Assembly: GCA_951406725.2 (NCBI GenBank)
Contig: OX597820.1
Coordinates: forward strand, 114,576,001 to 114,640,000
Reading direction: 5' to 3'
Origin: Octopus vulgaris
Lineage: Eukaryota
DNA length: 64,000 nt
Shown here: positions 1 through 12,947 of the stretch, piece by piece
Numbering within the stretch: position 1 is the stretch's first letter
Layout: the number at the start of each line of letters is the position of its first letter
Made by a program: the position numbers and the translations under genes
Notes under the pieces: generated by a model
The model's input: only the letters and a program-made list of their open reading frames with translations
Database searches by the model: none
Told to the model about the DNA's origin: nothing

Positions 1-352
1 GGTTCCGGGTTCAGTCCCACTGCGTGGCACCTTGGGCAAGTGTCTTCTGCTATAGCCTCGGGCCAACCAAAGCCTTGTGAGTGGATTTGGTAGACAGAAA
101 CTGAAAGAAGCCCGTCGTATATATATATATATATATATATGCGTGTGTGTCTGTGTTTGTCCCCTAGCATTGCTTGACAACCGATGCTGGTGTGTTTATG
201 TCCCCGTTACTTAGCGGTTTGGCAAAAAGAGACCGATAGAATAAGTACTGGGCTTACAAAAGAGTAAGTCCCGGGGTCGAGTTGCTCGATTAAAGGCGGT
301 GCTGCAGCATGGCCGCAGTCAAATGACTGAAACATGTAAAAGAGTAAAGAGT
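1..352 (+). mobile_element. tRNA-derived CORE-type SINE (family A); other copies at 18951-19357(-), 49183-52200 (split), 54361-54680, 59325-59737 and 60227-60628
   Basis: B-box-like GGTTCAGTCCC, CORE-like CCTTGGGCAAGT, internal (TA)/(TG) tract, (TAAAAGAG) tail; many mutually similar copies. Confidence 0.85.
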
Positions 353-569
353 TGATATCCATAAGACTGTGATTGTTTTGCAGTCAACGGAATTTATTAT
401 AGTGTAATAAATTATTTTTCATGTCTGCACTAGTGTATATGATATAAATTACACAATGCTATTGTACATTTTACAAGCTAATACAGATATAGAAGCTAAT
501 ACAGATCCATAGAATATCATGGTTACACTGATTCTTCAATCATCTTCATTTAATATCTGCTATACATGA

Positions 570-1130
570 TGTCAATCAAAATCAAATTCGATGACTGGCG
601 TCTGTGCTAGCAGGGTGCAAAGAGCACCATACGAACGTGATCGTTGACAGAGCGGTTAACTGGCTTCCGTGCCAGTGGCACTTAAAAGGTACCATCGAGC
701 GTGATTGTTACTAGCGTCGCCTTACTGGCACTTGTGCCCATGCTAGTAGGGTATTAAGAGCACCATCCGAGTGTGATTGTTGCCAGAGCAGCCAACTGGC
801 TTCCGTGCCAGTGGCACATAAAAGGGCACCATTCGAGCATGATCGTTACCAACGTCGCCTTACTGGCACCTGTGCTGGTGGCATGTGTAAAAAGATTCGA
901 GCGAGGTCGTTGCCAGTACCACCTGACTGGCCCCTGTGCCGGTGGCATGTAAAAAGCACCCACTACACTCTCGGAATGGTTGGCATTAGGAAGGGCATCC
1001 AACTGTAGAAACTCTGCCAAATCAAGATTGGAACCTGGTGCAGCCATCTGGTTCGCCAGCCCTCAGTTAAAATCGTCCAACCCATGCTAGCATGGAAAGC
1101 GGACGTCAAACGATGATGATCATGATGCTG
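570..1130 (+). mobile_element. SINE family C with internal tandem subrepeats and (GAT)n tail; copies at 5230-5703, 7490-7780(-), 13070-13330, 17620-17930, 32760-32950 and 54020-54255
   Basis: Shared AGGAAGGGCATCCAGCTGTAGAAAC ... CCATGCTAGCATGGA...AAACGATGATGAT 3' end. Confidence 0.85.
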
Positions 1131-1525
1131 GTATGAATTAGATGGTTTGACAGGAGCTGGCAAATCAGAGGCCTGCACCAAGCTCTTCTGTCTTCTTTAG
1201 CATGGTTTCTGTGGCTGGATGCCTTTCCTAATTTGCCAACCGCTTTACAGAGTGTTCTGAGTACTTTTCATGTGGCACCAGCACCAACAAGGTTACCCAA
1301 TAACTTGCAAGACAAGATGCCTCAACTGAGAGGAGATGAGTATTGAGTGCTTGATGAGGAGAGGGTAGAGTGTGATAAAAGGACAGAAATGGATATTTTG
1401 CAGTAGATGAGATACATGGCTCACCCTGGTGGAAAAAAGTGGAAAGAATGAGAGAAGGTGAAGAAGGTTTAATGGGTTTTTAGCCCACTAATTTAAATAT
1501 AATGTCCGGTCTTCCTTCGAATAGC

Positions 1526-1941
1526 TGTAGGAATTAATCCAGTGAAAAACAACAACAATTTGTATGGGTTTTTGAGGCCTTCATGTACATGGTATAGTTA
1601 TTCCAATCCAGGAGGAGAGTATTCGTACACAGCTTGAATATTTAACATTTTACAGAACAGAATGAAGTTGAATAAGAAAAGGTTTTCATCTTGCCACCTT
1701 CCATGACTGGTATAGTGGATTCCACTCAATTCAAATCGATGCTGGGTAGTCTAGTAGCAGAGAGGGAGACGATGCAGTTAGCAGCAGGCCGCTTGGTCAG
1801 CAACAAAGAGAGCGTTTCTTGGCTCTGCCCGTCTTTTTATCCCGTATCTCACGAGCGCCCTCTTGTTGTTAACGATGTGACCAGGGGAGATAACTCCAGA
1901 TGACCCACGTTCGGACATGGATTCAACTACAGTTGCCTACA
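1526..1941. repeat. Possible solo LTR; its last ~130 bp recur at about 5705-5835
   Basis: TGTAGG...CCTACA termini; the second partial copy ends at the same CCTACA; no clear TSD. Confidence 0.45.
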
Positions 1942-2342
1942 AAGGTATCACAATGTACCCTCAAATAACAGGGAGAGGTATATAAGTTAAGTGGAAGAGA
2001 GGATTAGATAGATAGGGTGGGCAGAAAAGTTTGTGAGAGTGTGAGTGAAGAGTGAGAGATGGTGGGGAGACGAATGCAGTGAGTGAACATAGGTGCCGGA
2101 AATAATGGTTTTGTGTGTGTGTGTGTAAATAATTATCGTCGTTCATTTTCCTCTGCAGGTTTTGTGGCTTTCGTTATGCCAGCTTGCGGTAGAAACTACT
2201 CTCAATCTAACCACTATAACATTCCTGTGCTAGTATATAGCTGTGCTGGTACATCACATCACACACCATACCTCCATGCTCACAGGCATCATCCTTCTAT
2301 ATATTAGCTGATGGACTCAATGATTGTTTGTGTGTTTTTCAG

Positions 2343-2425
2343 GTGCTGTTGTCCACTTGTTATGTCGAAATACGGAGAGAGCTGAGACAATTAAAGATCA
2401 AATTAAACAGACCACAGGAAATGAG
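2343..2425 (+). CDS. DHRS12: DHRS12-like SDR, internal coding exon (first in window): (G)AVVHLLCRNTERAETIKDQIKQTTGNE
   Basis: tttttcAG acceptor and GTAAG donor; phase 1 in, phase 0 out; resembles the vertebrate DHRS12 segment GTVHLVCR...IIRESGNQ (recalled). The Rossmann TGxxxGxG exon is not in the window. Confidence 0.93.
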
Positions 2426-2599
2426 GTAAGATTTTATTTGATATGCTATGTGGACATTTTATTTTCGTTTTAAAATTGACAACTCCACTGCATTGAGAGG
2501 TTACAGCTCCAGTACATGTGATTAGAATGTTGCAAGAAAGAATTGCAAGAGAGATTCTTCAAGCCAAGCCAGCTGGCAGGAGACCAAGGGGTAGAGCAA

Positions 2600-2830
2600 G
2601 AATGTGAGCTGGCAGAAACGTTAACACGCCAGGCGAAATGCTTAGCGGTATTTCGTCTGTCGTTACGTTCCGAGTTCAAATTCCGCCGAGGTCGACTTTG
2701 CCTTTCATCCTTTCGGGGTCGATAAATTAAGTACCAGTTACGCACTGGGGTCGATGTAATCGACTTAATACCTATGTCTGTCCTTGTTTGTCCGCTCTAT
2801 GTTTAGCCCCTTGTGGGCAATAAGGAAATA
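2600..2830 (+). mobile_element. tRNA-derived SINE (family B, Meta/MESC-like core); many copies at 8490-10400, 21150-21540, 35270-38270 and 43185-43400
   Basis: GCTGGCAGAA.CGTTAGC A-box-like and GAGTTCAAATTCC B-box; GCCTTTCATCCTTTCGGGGTCGATAAA core. Confidence 0.85.
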
Positions 2831-3484
2831 GGTTGGTTGAATAATATTGGTAGTTGTAGTTGATCACACTTGGAAATCCAACTTGAAAGTGTAATGACAG
2901 ATGCTTCTGATTGGACCCTATAAAGGAGGTGCCTGAGGGTTCTACCACCACAACCCTCCCAGGAATAATGGACATAGAATGGATGGAATTTACAACAAAT
3001 GTTGACAAATCTATTATTGTAATAGTGACTTTGTACTAGACAGTATTCCTAGTTTTTCCCCCTCAGAGCATCAGCCCTCTGGAATCTTTTCTTTGGTCAT
3101 GCGAGTGTTGAGTTGCAATAATTTAAATAGAACATTAATGGTACAAAGCTTGCCAGTCCCAGAGGCCCTTTGAAAGTGATGGGCACTGTCCTTTCATCCA
3201 AGTTCATCAAGTAAAATAAAAGAAAAAAGAAAATATTACTATTTCGTCAACCCCAGAAAGGTGATATAGTGAGTCATTGACTCTGGCATGTTTTGAACTC
3301 AGTACTCAAAGGGATACAACTGAATACTAAGAATCATTTAATCAGTTGCTCTACTAATTATGTTAATGCATATTTCTCTACTACAACAATAGTGACATCA
3401 GCAACATAACAAGTGGCATTAGCAACAGTAACAACAACAACAATAGCTAAGTCAGATACATTATTCAAGAAGTAAATTTACTTT

Positions 3485-3538
3485 ATACAGACACACATAC
3501 ACACATACTTACACACACACACACATATGTGTGTGTAC

Positions 3539-3585
<47 letters not shown>

Positions 3586-3937
3586 CACACACACACAGAT
3601 ATATATATATACACACACACACACACATATATATATACACACACACACACATATATATATATGCACACACACACACATATATATATATACACACACACAC
3701 ACATATATATATGCACACACACACATAAATGTATATATGCACACTCACACACATACATATATATATACACACACACACACATATATATATATGCACACAC
3801 ACACACACATATATATATATGCACACACACACACATATATATATGCACACACACACACACACATATATATATACACACACACATATATGTATATATGCAC
3901 ACTCACACACATACATATACACATATAAACACACACA
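3485..3937. repeat. Compound (CA)n/(TA)n microsatellite
   Basis: Directly visible. Confidence 0.97.
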
Positions 3938-4384
3938 AATACGTAATTCTTTAATGGGATAGATTCATTTAACATTTCTTTCTTGGATCCATAAAATGCC
4001 CAAGCTGAAGCAGATGTAAAACCTCCATCATTGCATTCAGACAATCTCTGATGGCAACAATGGCAGATGAAAGATGTGTTAGAATATATTACAAAGTGCT
4101 ACTCTTTTACCTCCTCAGTTCTTCAGCTCTTTCGCATTGTTTCTTAGCTCTTCTCTGAAGACTTGCAGGATGCAATGAATTCTATATTCAATAGTTTCTG
4201 ACTTTCTTTGTTTTGTCTCCCCCCCCCCCCGTTTGTCTCCAAATGTCTTTTGATTCTGTCAATATTTCTTGTCTTAATTGTTTTGGCATTTTTGTCATTT
4301 TCATTGTTACTTTCTGCTTTCTTTCTCACTCATCCCTTTATTATCTTTCTAGCTTTCTTTTTCCTTTTTTCCCCACGTTTTTTT

Positions 4385-4414
4385 CTATCTATCCATCTAT
4401 CCATCTATCCATCC

Positions 4415-4509
<95 letters not shown>

Positions 4510-4558
4510 CATCTATCTATCTATCTATCCATCTATCTATCTATCTATCCATCTATCC

Positions 4559-4593
<35 letters not shown>

Positions 4594-4771
4594 CATCTAT
4601 CCATCTATCCATCTATCTATCTATCCATCTATTTATCTATCTATCTATCTATCTATCCATCTATCCATCTATCTATCTATCTATCTATCCATCTATCCAT
4701 CTATCTATCTATCTATCTATCTATCCCCTCTCCCCTCTTCTTGTCTGTCTATCTGTCTATCTATCTATCTA

Positions 4772-4804
<33 letters not shown>

Positions 4805-4805
4805 T
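4385..4805. repeat. (TCTA)n/(TCCA)n tetranucleotide microsatellite
   Basis: Directly visible. Confidence 0.97.
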
Positions 4806-5849
4806 TCTTTCTGTTATTTACACTTCTTGCTTTCCATTGCTCTCTCTCTCTCTCTCTCTCTCTTGTTATTTGAACTCTTGGCTCTTTCTCTCTCTATCTT
4901 TCCATATCTTTCTTTCTTCCTTTTTGTCTTCAGCTTCTTATTTATATTTTGTTGCCAAGATTCTTTTGTTAAACTCAGAAATATTTAAATAATTAACAAT
5001 ATCAGTTAATAGATAAACAAAGAAACAAACTAGCAAATAAAAACAGAAAGATATATGAATGAATCATTGGAAAGTTGCTTAAAAAATGAGATGCTATTTT
5101 CTCTTCAGTGGACTGATTGAATAACATTTTTCTTATTTCTGTCGGACTACTACAACACTAACAACAATAGTATTGAACAAATAAAAGAAGTGATTCAGAT
5201 AGAACAGTCAACTTTCTTTTGCATTTGATCCATGCCAGCGGCACATAAAAGGGCACCATTTGAGCGTGATCGTTACCAGTGTCGCCTTACTGGCACTTGT
5301 GTCCGTGCTAGTAGGGTGCCAAGAGCACCATCTGAGTGTGATTGTTGCCAGAGCGGCCAACTGGCTTCCGTGCCAGTGGCACGTAAAAGGGCACCATTTG
5401 AGCGTGATCGTTACCAGTGTCGCCTTACTGGCACTTGTGTCCGTGCTAGTAGGGTGCCAAGAGCACCATCCGAGCGTGATCGTTGCCAGAGCGGCCAACT
5501 GGCTTCCGTGCCAGTGGCACGTAAAAGGGCACCATTTGAGCGTGATTGTTAACAACATTGCCTTACTGGCACCTGTGCCAGTGACATGTGTAAAAAGATT
5601 CGAGCGAGATCATTGGCAGTACCGCCTGACTTGCCCCCATGCTGGTGGCACGTAAAAAGCACCCACTACACTCTCGAAGTGGTTGGCTTTAGGAAGGGCA
5701 TCCAGAGCATTTCTTGGCTCTGCCCGTCTTTCTATCTCCTATCTCACGAGCGCCCTCTCGTTGTTAACGATGTGACCAGGGGAGATAACTCCAGATGACC
5801 CATGTTCGGACATGGATTCAACTACGGTTGCCTACACATATATTTTACT

Positions 5850-6560
5850 GTTCCATTTCCAGATTGTATCTGTAAAGTTTGTGCAAACCACTTTCTTTCT
5901 TTGCTTCAAAATCCTAGCTTTTTCACTAAGTAAACCAATGTATATTTGTATTAATGTATATTTGTAATCAAAGTAGAGGAGCTGCAGGTTTTAAAGGGGC
6001 TATTCACTGATATTCCCTTTCTTGTTGATTTTAGAAAAGATGTTTACATCTGCCAGGCAGTTTATCTCTTTGATTGTTGATGACTTTTCTGTCCCAAATA
6101 ATCATGTCAGGTCTCTTATCTTTGCACTTGCTAGAAGTTTTGATGGGAATGTTCTACAAATATTCCTTGTATTGATATGTTTGTATTCAATAGCAGAGGT
6201 GATGTTTGTATTTATCCTAGGATAATCTTCACTGCTGGTATCATTGTATATTGTTTTAACAACATCATATCACAGTGGGAGATATTACTTTTATGACATT
6301 TTTGGGCAGCTGTTAATTACATGTTTTGTGACCACCACAGAAGAGTAAATTAATCAGCTGTTGCATCTTGGAATTTTTAAGGGCTTCACAGTTTCATTTA
6401 TTCATGGGATATTTTGTAGCTGTCTCCTGCCCTTGGATTGCAAAAGCATGACCTTTGAGATGTAATGTGATGTAGCAACTCTTGAGTTCAAGTGAGGTTA
6501 CACTTCATGCTAAGTTTAAGTTTACTGGAACATGTCTATGCATAACGTTTTAATGGTATG
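5850..6560 (-). mobile_element. Old R4/Dong-like RLE LINE remnant
   Basis: Minus-strand fragments GHAFAIQGQETATKY, INSCPKMS, PDMIIWDRK and NLQLLY resemble the zinc-knuckle/RLE region. Confidence 0.55.
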
Positions 6561-6727
6561 CAGAGTGTTTCTCTTTAATGGTATGCATAGACATGTATTT
6601 GCTGAGATATGCAAACCCTGCTCAAGCTCACTCCAAATTGTTGGAAAATGGTAAAAGAGGAGACAGAGAGCAGCTGTAAGGCAAGTAAAGAACAGCAGCA
6701 ACAAGAGCCAAAACTACAGGCATAGTA

Positions 6728-7056
6728 TCTTCTCTCTAATATATAAACGGCAAAATGTCTGCATGTGTGTCCTTTATACAAATCCAGTTTTTCAGTTAGA
6801 GGGCTCAAACTTTCTATGGTCATTGAAAACCGTCCAAGGGTGGTCGTGCACATCTTTACATTTCCCCAGTTGCCCTGCAAAGCCATTGGAAAAATCAATT
6901 GAAGTAACTTTTATGTGAATTTTCTATCCAAAACCCAATCAAAATGCCCGAAACTTGATACGCCAATTGAATGCCAGCTAGCTGTATGTGATTGGTCAGA
7001 GATTTGGACAGTTCTCACATGTATGTGCACCCACCATTGCCGGGTCATAGTGCTAG
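6728..7056 (+). mobile_element. Non-autonomous Helitron-like element
   Basis: A|TC start and CTAG|T end; near-identical family member at 21542-21909. Confidence 0.7.
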
Positions 7057-7930
7057 TAGTAGATAAAACACAAGACAAATAAGTAAACAGTAAAAGAGCC
7101 ATTAGGAGGAAAGGGAACAGACAGGCATATCAAGAGTAATGTTGACTAGTTTTAGAAAGCATGGAATTTATAAAGGATGCAGTATCCTGACAGCTCAAAA
7201 TTGACACATGTAATTTATTCCATGCTTCAACAATTCTGACATTAGAAACATGTTTCTGGAAGCCATGGGTTTGCTCCATGCTTTGATTTTATAAACATGT
7301 ATATAAGAGATAGAGGTATTAAATTTTGAAAAGTGGCCTAAGTTGTTGGAATCATGGTGGATAATCTTGTGGTCTTTTACAAAGTCAACAACTTGGCATT
7401 GGTGCCTTACAAGTGTGTTGATGCCCAGAGAAGCATTATGTTGAAGATATGGTTAATGACTGACAAACCATATTCATCTGAACAACTTCCATCATCATCA
7501 TCATCGTTTAATGTCCGTTTTCCATGCTAGCATTGGTTGGACGGTTCGACCGGTGTCTGGGAAGCCATGAGGCTGCACCAGGCCCAGTCTGATCTGGCAG
7601 TGTTTCTACAGCTGGATGCCCTTCCTAAAGCCAACCACTCTGAGTGTAGTGGGTGCTTTTTACATCCCACCGGCACAGGGGCCAGAGGAGACTGGCAAAC
7701 GGCCACGATCGGTTGGTGCTTTTACGTGTCACCGACACGGACGCCAGTCAGGCGGCGCTAGCATCTGCCACGTTCGGACGGATATTCTGGAAAACATGAG
7801 GGTTCCAAACTGGAAATGCAAACTGTTATTTTCTCATTTACTCAATCCACCTATGTTTAGCCTCTCTCGCAAAATAGGACTGAATGTGTGCATCTGTGTA
7901 CATTTCTCTTCTCTGTTTTTTTTTTTTCAG

Positions 7931-8026
7931 GACATCACCATACATGCATTAGATCTATCTAAACCAGCTGAGGTTTATAAATGGGCCAAGAACTTTGCTG
8001 AATCTCATCACAAGCTGGATGTTCTG
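7931..8026 (+). CDS. DHRS12: DHRS12-like exon: DITIHALDLSKPAEVYKWAKNFAESHHKLDVL
   Basis: poly-T CAG acceptor, GTGAG donor, 96 nt, phase 0-0; SDR DLS and LDVL motifs. Confidence 0.95.
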
Positions 8027-8367
8027 GTGAGTAACCTCTCTTAAGATATTTAAATAATTGTGTTTTTTACAGCAGAAACAATGGACAATGGTTGGAATCT
8101 GGTGGTGATTCTACCATATGACCTGAAACTCATGGTAATAACAATGGTGCTGATGACAACAACTATAACAAACATGGCATACTCCTGCAAACTCCCTAAT
8201 CTCAGTTGAAAATTTCTGGAAGTCCTTTCTTTATGACATGTATAACTTTTACATGCCATGGTAGAATATATGCAAAGTACGAAGGAAGCAATCACAGACA
8301 CTGTACTCTATCAATTAGCTTGCAGCTTGCACTGTCAAGAAGAATTAATTTATATTTATTGTTATTA

Positions 8368-8402
<35 letters not shown>

Positions 8403-8452
8403 CATTATTATTATTATTATTATTATTATTCTTATGGTGATGGTGCTGGTGG

Positions 8453-8493
<41 letters not shown>

Positions 8494-8703
8494 GCAGCAA
8501 GCTAGCGGAATCTTTAGCATGCCGGACAAAATGCTTGGTGGCATTTTCCCATTTTTATGTTCTGAGTTCAAATTCCACCGAGATTGATTTTGCCTTTCAT
8601 CCTTTCAGGTTCGATAAATTAAGTACTGGTGAAACAATGGGGGCTAATGTCATTGACTAGTTCCCTCCCCACAAATTTCACGCCTGTGCCTTTAGTAGAA
8701 AGG

Positions 8704-8742
<39 letters not shown>

Positions 8743-9297
8743 GAGTGAGAGAGCAGTTCATGCCATCAAAGTGACACTGGGGTAAAATATACGAAGCCCA
8801 ATATACCCATCATGACTACCCGTCTGATAAGGGTACACCAGGCACATGCATCACAACCATATGTGTGCGACATGGTGATCTCATATCAAGATAAACAGCA
8901 CATGACCTTGCAGGTGGGGCCCAGTTAGAATTTTCTTCTGGTTGAGTAGCCCATCCTGCTCAAAAGGTCCCTGAATAAGGGTTGTTTAAGGATGTTGAAA
9001 GAACCACCCATGTTTCCAGAGGTGAATTATTAAAACCCCAAAGAATCCCTCTCAACACATGGCTATGATGCTCCCCCACTACTTATGCTTGTGATCAGAG
9101 ATGCACATATCGTCAGCCACTAAGGGACATGCTCAACTGGTTAAGGTCAAACAACTGACAAGCAAATCTGTGGTATTGAGCAGAATATTTGCTGTAGCCC
9201 ATCTTTTATACCAAGACAAAGCAATGTACATGATAACACTTCCAATCAGTTAAGATCAGAAGCCATGAGAGCCACTGCCTGGTACTGCATCAGGGCA

Positions 9298-9300
<3 letters not shown>
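8743..9300. repeat. Interspersed repeat embedded in (ATT)n; second copy at 28126-28465
   Basis: The two copies are nearly identical over about 340 bp, and both are flanked by ATT runs. Confidence 0.85.
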
Positions 9301-9330
<30 letters not shown>

Positions 9331-9789
9331 GTGGCAGCAAGCTGGCAGAATCCTTCGCACATTGGACGAAATGCTTAGTGGTATTTCACTCATTGCTACA
9401 TGCTGAGTTCAAATTCTGCCAAGATCAACTATGCCTTTCATCCTTTCAGAGTCGATGAATTAAGCACCAGTTTCATACTGGGGTCGATCTAATCGACTGG
9501 CCCCCTCCCTCAAAAAATTTCAGGCCTTGTGCCTATTGTAGAAAGGATTATTATTATTATTATTATGGTGATGGTGGTGGTGGTGGCAGCAAACTGGCGG
9601 AATCATTACCATGCTGGGAAAAATGCTTAGCAGCATTTCTTCTCAAATGCTTACCAAGGTCATCTTTGCATTTCAACATTTTGGGGTTGATAAAATAAAT
9701 ACCTGTCGAACCCTGGGGGTCAATGTAATTGACTTGTCCCCTCCCCCAAAATTGTTCCCTTGTGCCAAAATTTGAAATTCTTGTTGCTG

Positions 9790-10126
9790 TTGAGCGAATA
9801 GTCTTTGTCCCAGAGCTCGCAAAGCGGAAGAAGTCGGAAACGTGGTCCTTTGCTATTCGTAAGACCCGCAGAAGAGAAAGCAGGTCAACCCCCAACACCG
9901 AGTGCATTGACGGATGGATGAAAGCGCATCCAGGCTCAGCGGTTGCGTAGGAAGTCGGGGACAAGAAACAGGAAGAAAGAACAAGAGAAAGTTGGAGCGA
10001 AAGAGTACAACAGGGGTCGCCACCACCCCCTGCCGGAGCCTCGTGGAGCTTTAGGTCTGGGAATCGAAACCACGATCCTCCGACCACGAGTCCGCTTCCC
10101 TAACCATTGGGCCATTGCGCCTCCAC
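9790..10126 (-). mobile_element. tRNA-headed SINE (family D), CpG-rich
   Basis: Minus-strand head TGGAGGCGCAATGGCCCAATGGTTAGGG...GGTTTCGATTCCC (A and B boxes); no complete cloverleaf. Confidence 0.65.
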
Positions 10127-11282
10127 TGTTGTTGTTGTTGCTCCTGAATCCTTAGTGGTATGTCTTCTGGCTCCTTACATTCTGAGGTCAAATTCTGCTG
10201 AAGTCAACTTTCATCCTTTCAGTGTCAATAAAATGAGAACCAGTTGAGCACAGAGGTTGATGCAATTGACTTTCCCCACCTCCCAAAAATTGTCAGCCTT
10301 GTGTCAAAATCATTAGGTTCTCGCAGTTTTTCTCCTGCTTCTTTATGATCTGAGTTCAAATCTTACAGCAGTCAATTTTACCATTCATCCTTCCCTAATA
10401 GTCAAGTATTATAGCAGTGGATGAATACTTTCCAGTTGATGGTGGTAGATTCTTCAAATATTGTAGACAGTGTTCTTTGACGGCAAGTGAACCACTGGGG
10501 CATTGGTGTTTCATGGATCTTTGCTTACGTGGGGAATGTGTGAGGTGTACCTGGGAGAATGTGCTCAGTTACCCATTTAGTTGTTTCAGACAGATCAGAA
10601 GGGATGCACCTTTCATGTTAACAGTAATCAATGTAGAATCAGCTAAGTTCCAACAACCAGGGGGCTTGAGATGCTTTAGGGTTCAAAATATGGATGTATG
10701 GTGGGTTGCCTTGATCAGGATATAATTATGGGATACAGGGCCATTTTAACAGCATTATAGGCCCCAGGGCGAATAAGTGCACTGGACCCTTTAGTATTTA
10801 TTTGACACAGGTGAGGTACCCATGCTAGTGATATGTGAAAGGAACTCTGTGCCAGTGACACGTAAGAGGCAACTGTGCCAGTGATACTTAAAAGGCACCT
10901 GTACTGGTGACACCGTAATGGCATCCATGGCAGTGATATGTATTAATGTCAACATTTGTCACTCAGAATGCTGAAAATATCCTTTTTATTTTCTAAGTTA
11001 TAGAATCGTAGACAAATATATATATATATATATTTAATCAAAATAAGCAACAAGAATGACTCCGGTAATTTGGTACGATCGTTTCGTACTACATCATTTT
11101 ATTAAATGTTGTAAGTATTACAACATGACGTAGTACGAAACGATCGTACCAAATTACCGGAGTCATTCTTGTTGCTTATTTTGATAATAATCACCCCACG
11201 GATTTTTATGGGTAACACCATACAAAATTCTGGTGCATCTAAATTAAGTACCATATTCATTTGAATCTAAATTTTTGCTGAA

Positions 11283-11331
<49 letters not shown>

Positions 11332-11416
11332 TCACACATATATATGTACACATACACACATATAATTACTTCACACATGTATACATATATGTATAAATCT
11401 ATTTTATCTATTTCAG

Positions 11417-11498
11417 ATCAATAATGCTGGTGCTATGTTAAATGTGAAAACTGTTACCCTAGACGGATTGGATGCTGGCTTTGCTGCTAATACCCTTG
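11417..11498 (+). CDS. DHRS12: DHRS12-like exon: [27 protein letters not shown]
   Basis: tttcAG acceptor, GTAGAA donor, 82 nt, phase 0-1; NNAG motif and FAANTL. Confidence 0.95.
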
Positions 11499-11852
11499 GT
11501 AGAAAATAATTTACATTGTCTTCCCCTACACACACACACACACACACACACATGTATGTATAGTTTTTTATTGAAGTTGTATATGTGAACATACATACAC
11601 ACACGCACAAATATGTATGTATAGTTTTTTTTATTGAAGTTGTATATGTGTACATACATACATACACACATATATGTATATATATGCTTGCATAAGATCA
11701 TATATGGTTATGTTTGTAAATATATCTATTTTACCTTCTATGATGGAAGGAAGCTCACCAGACCTTTCATAAGGGGTTTAACAAGATCTTGAGGCTTCTT
11801 TTCAACATTACATGTGTCATATCAAAGACTCATTTGAACTTATATATATATA

Positions 11853-11983
11853 CAGGTTGTCCCAAAAAAATGTATACACACCTTAAATAATTGTAAATTT
11901 GTTATTCTTTGTAAGCCTAGTACTTATTCTATCGTTCTCTTTTGCCGAACCACTATGTGTATACATTTTTTGGGGACACCCTG
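11853..11983. mobile_element. Tc1/mariner-type MITE
   Basis: TA|CAGGTTGTCCCAAAAAAATGTATACACA ... TGTGTATACATTTTTTGGGGACACCCTG|TA. Confidence 0.8.
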
Positions 11984-11991
11984 TATATATA

Positions 11992-12385
11992 TCTTTATAT
12001 ATAAAAGTGAGGTTGTGTGCTGTCTGTCTCCTACGATTTAGATTCCTAACTACTCCCACATTTTGCGGTGCAGTTTAACCAAAACCAGGTATCTTATAGT
12101 CGTGATTCATATCGAGCCCTTCTGGGTATTAGCGCGCGTCTACGATGAGTCTACGATTTTAAAAAAAATTTACCATCAATTTTTCCCATTTTTAATGCAT
12201 TTTTGGCATATATAAGGGAAGTAACTCTCTAAAAATTTATTATTAAATCTCAGAACGTAAAAAGCTACAGTAACCCCCCTTTTGTTGTTAGCCATATTGA
12301 GATGGCTATTTTACTTTACATCTCTAAAAATGCTTATATAGTTATTTCCCTTACAAATCCGAACAACGCCGGGCGATACTGCTAG
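11992..12385 (+). mobile_element. Non-autonomous Helitron-like element (second family)
   Basis: A|TCTTTATATATAAAAG start; CCGAACAACGCCGGG subterminal motif; CTAG|T end; CpG-rich, so probably young. Confidence 0.72.
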
Positions 12386-12468
12386 TATATATATATATAT
12401 ATATATAGCATAATTAAATCTCAGAATGAGATTGAAACAGTAATCGCTCGATAATGTAAAGTATAGAA

Positions 12469-12503
<35 letters not shown>

Positions 12504-12545
12504 CAATAATAATTCTCTAAAAGAGATATAGACAGTAACTGCTCG

Positions 12546-12718
12546 ATAACATAAGGGACTAAAGCCATCTGAATATGGCTAGGGACAGGGCAGGGTGGTG
12601 GGGGGTGTTACTGTTGCATTTAGCCCCAGTTCGCCTGGGGCTAAATGCAACAGTAACACCCCCCACCACCCTGCCCTGTCCCTAGCCATATTCAGATGGC
12701 TTTAGTCCCTTATGTTAT
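12546..12718. repeat. Perfect 84-bp inverted repeat with 5-nt loop
   Basis: 12546-12629 is the exact reverse complement of 12635-12718. Confidence 0.95.
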
Positions 12719-12885
12719 ATATATATATATATATTTATCCAAAAGATGTGTGTCTGTATCTACACATGTATGTATGTGGATGCAAATGTATTTACAAATG
12801 TGTAATGCACTTGAGCATTGTATACTAGTTCATTATATTATATTATATTATATGTATGTAAATATCTGACTATTTTATGTTTCAG

Positions 12886-12947
12886 CTCCACATATATTGA
12901 CAACACAACTAATTTCTAAATTATCCCAGAGTGATGATGCGCGAGTA
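12886..12947 (+). CDS. DHRS12: DHRS12-like exon: (A)PHILTTQLISKLSQSDDARV
   Basis: tttcAG acceptor, GTAAGT donor, 62 nt, phase 1-0; matches the ILTT..LI..L...DPRV segment. Confidence 0.93.

Noticed and set aside
2159-2188. 30-nt frame-preserving candidate exon (ctgcAG...GTAGAA)
   Set aside because: The peptide has no SDR similarity, the donor is weak, and it would interrupt the Rossmann fold; no support without RNA data
4155-4190. CTGAAGA + TTGCA/TGCAA hairpin, hammerhead-like
   Set aside because: GAAA is replaced by GAAT, and there is no stem I or III pairing
3478-4992. Long ORFs (up to 259 aa) of CV/YI/HT or LSIY repeats
   Set aside because: Translations of stop-free microsatellites; the same applies to ORFs at 39062-39578, 44754-45614 and 54674-55340
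5230-5600. Regularly spaced ~130-bp repeats resembling a CRISPR array
   Set aside because: Internal tandem subrepeats of SINE family C; no unique spacers and no cas genes; eukaryotic DNA
10055-10126. tRNA-like sequence
   Set aside because: A and B boxes only, with no full cloverleaf; it is a SINE head
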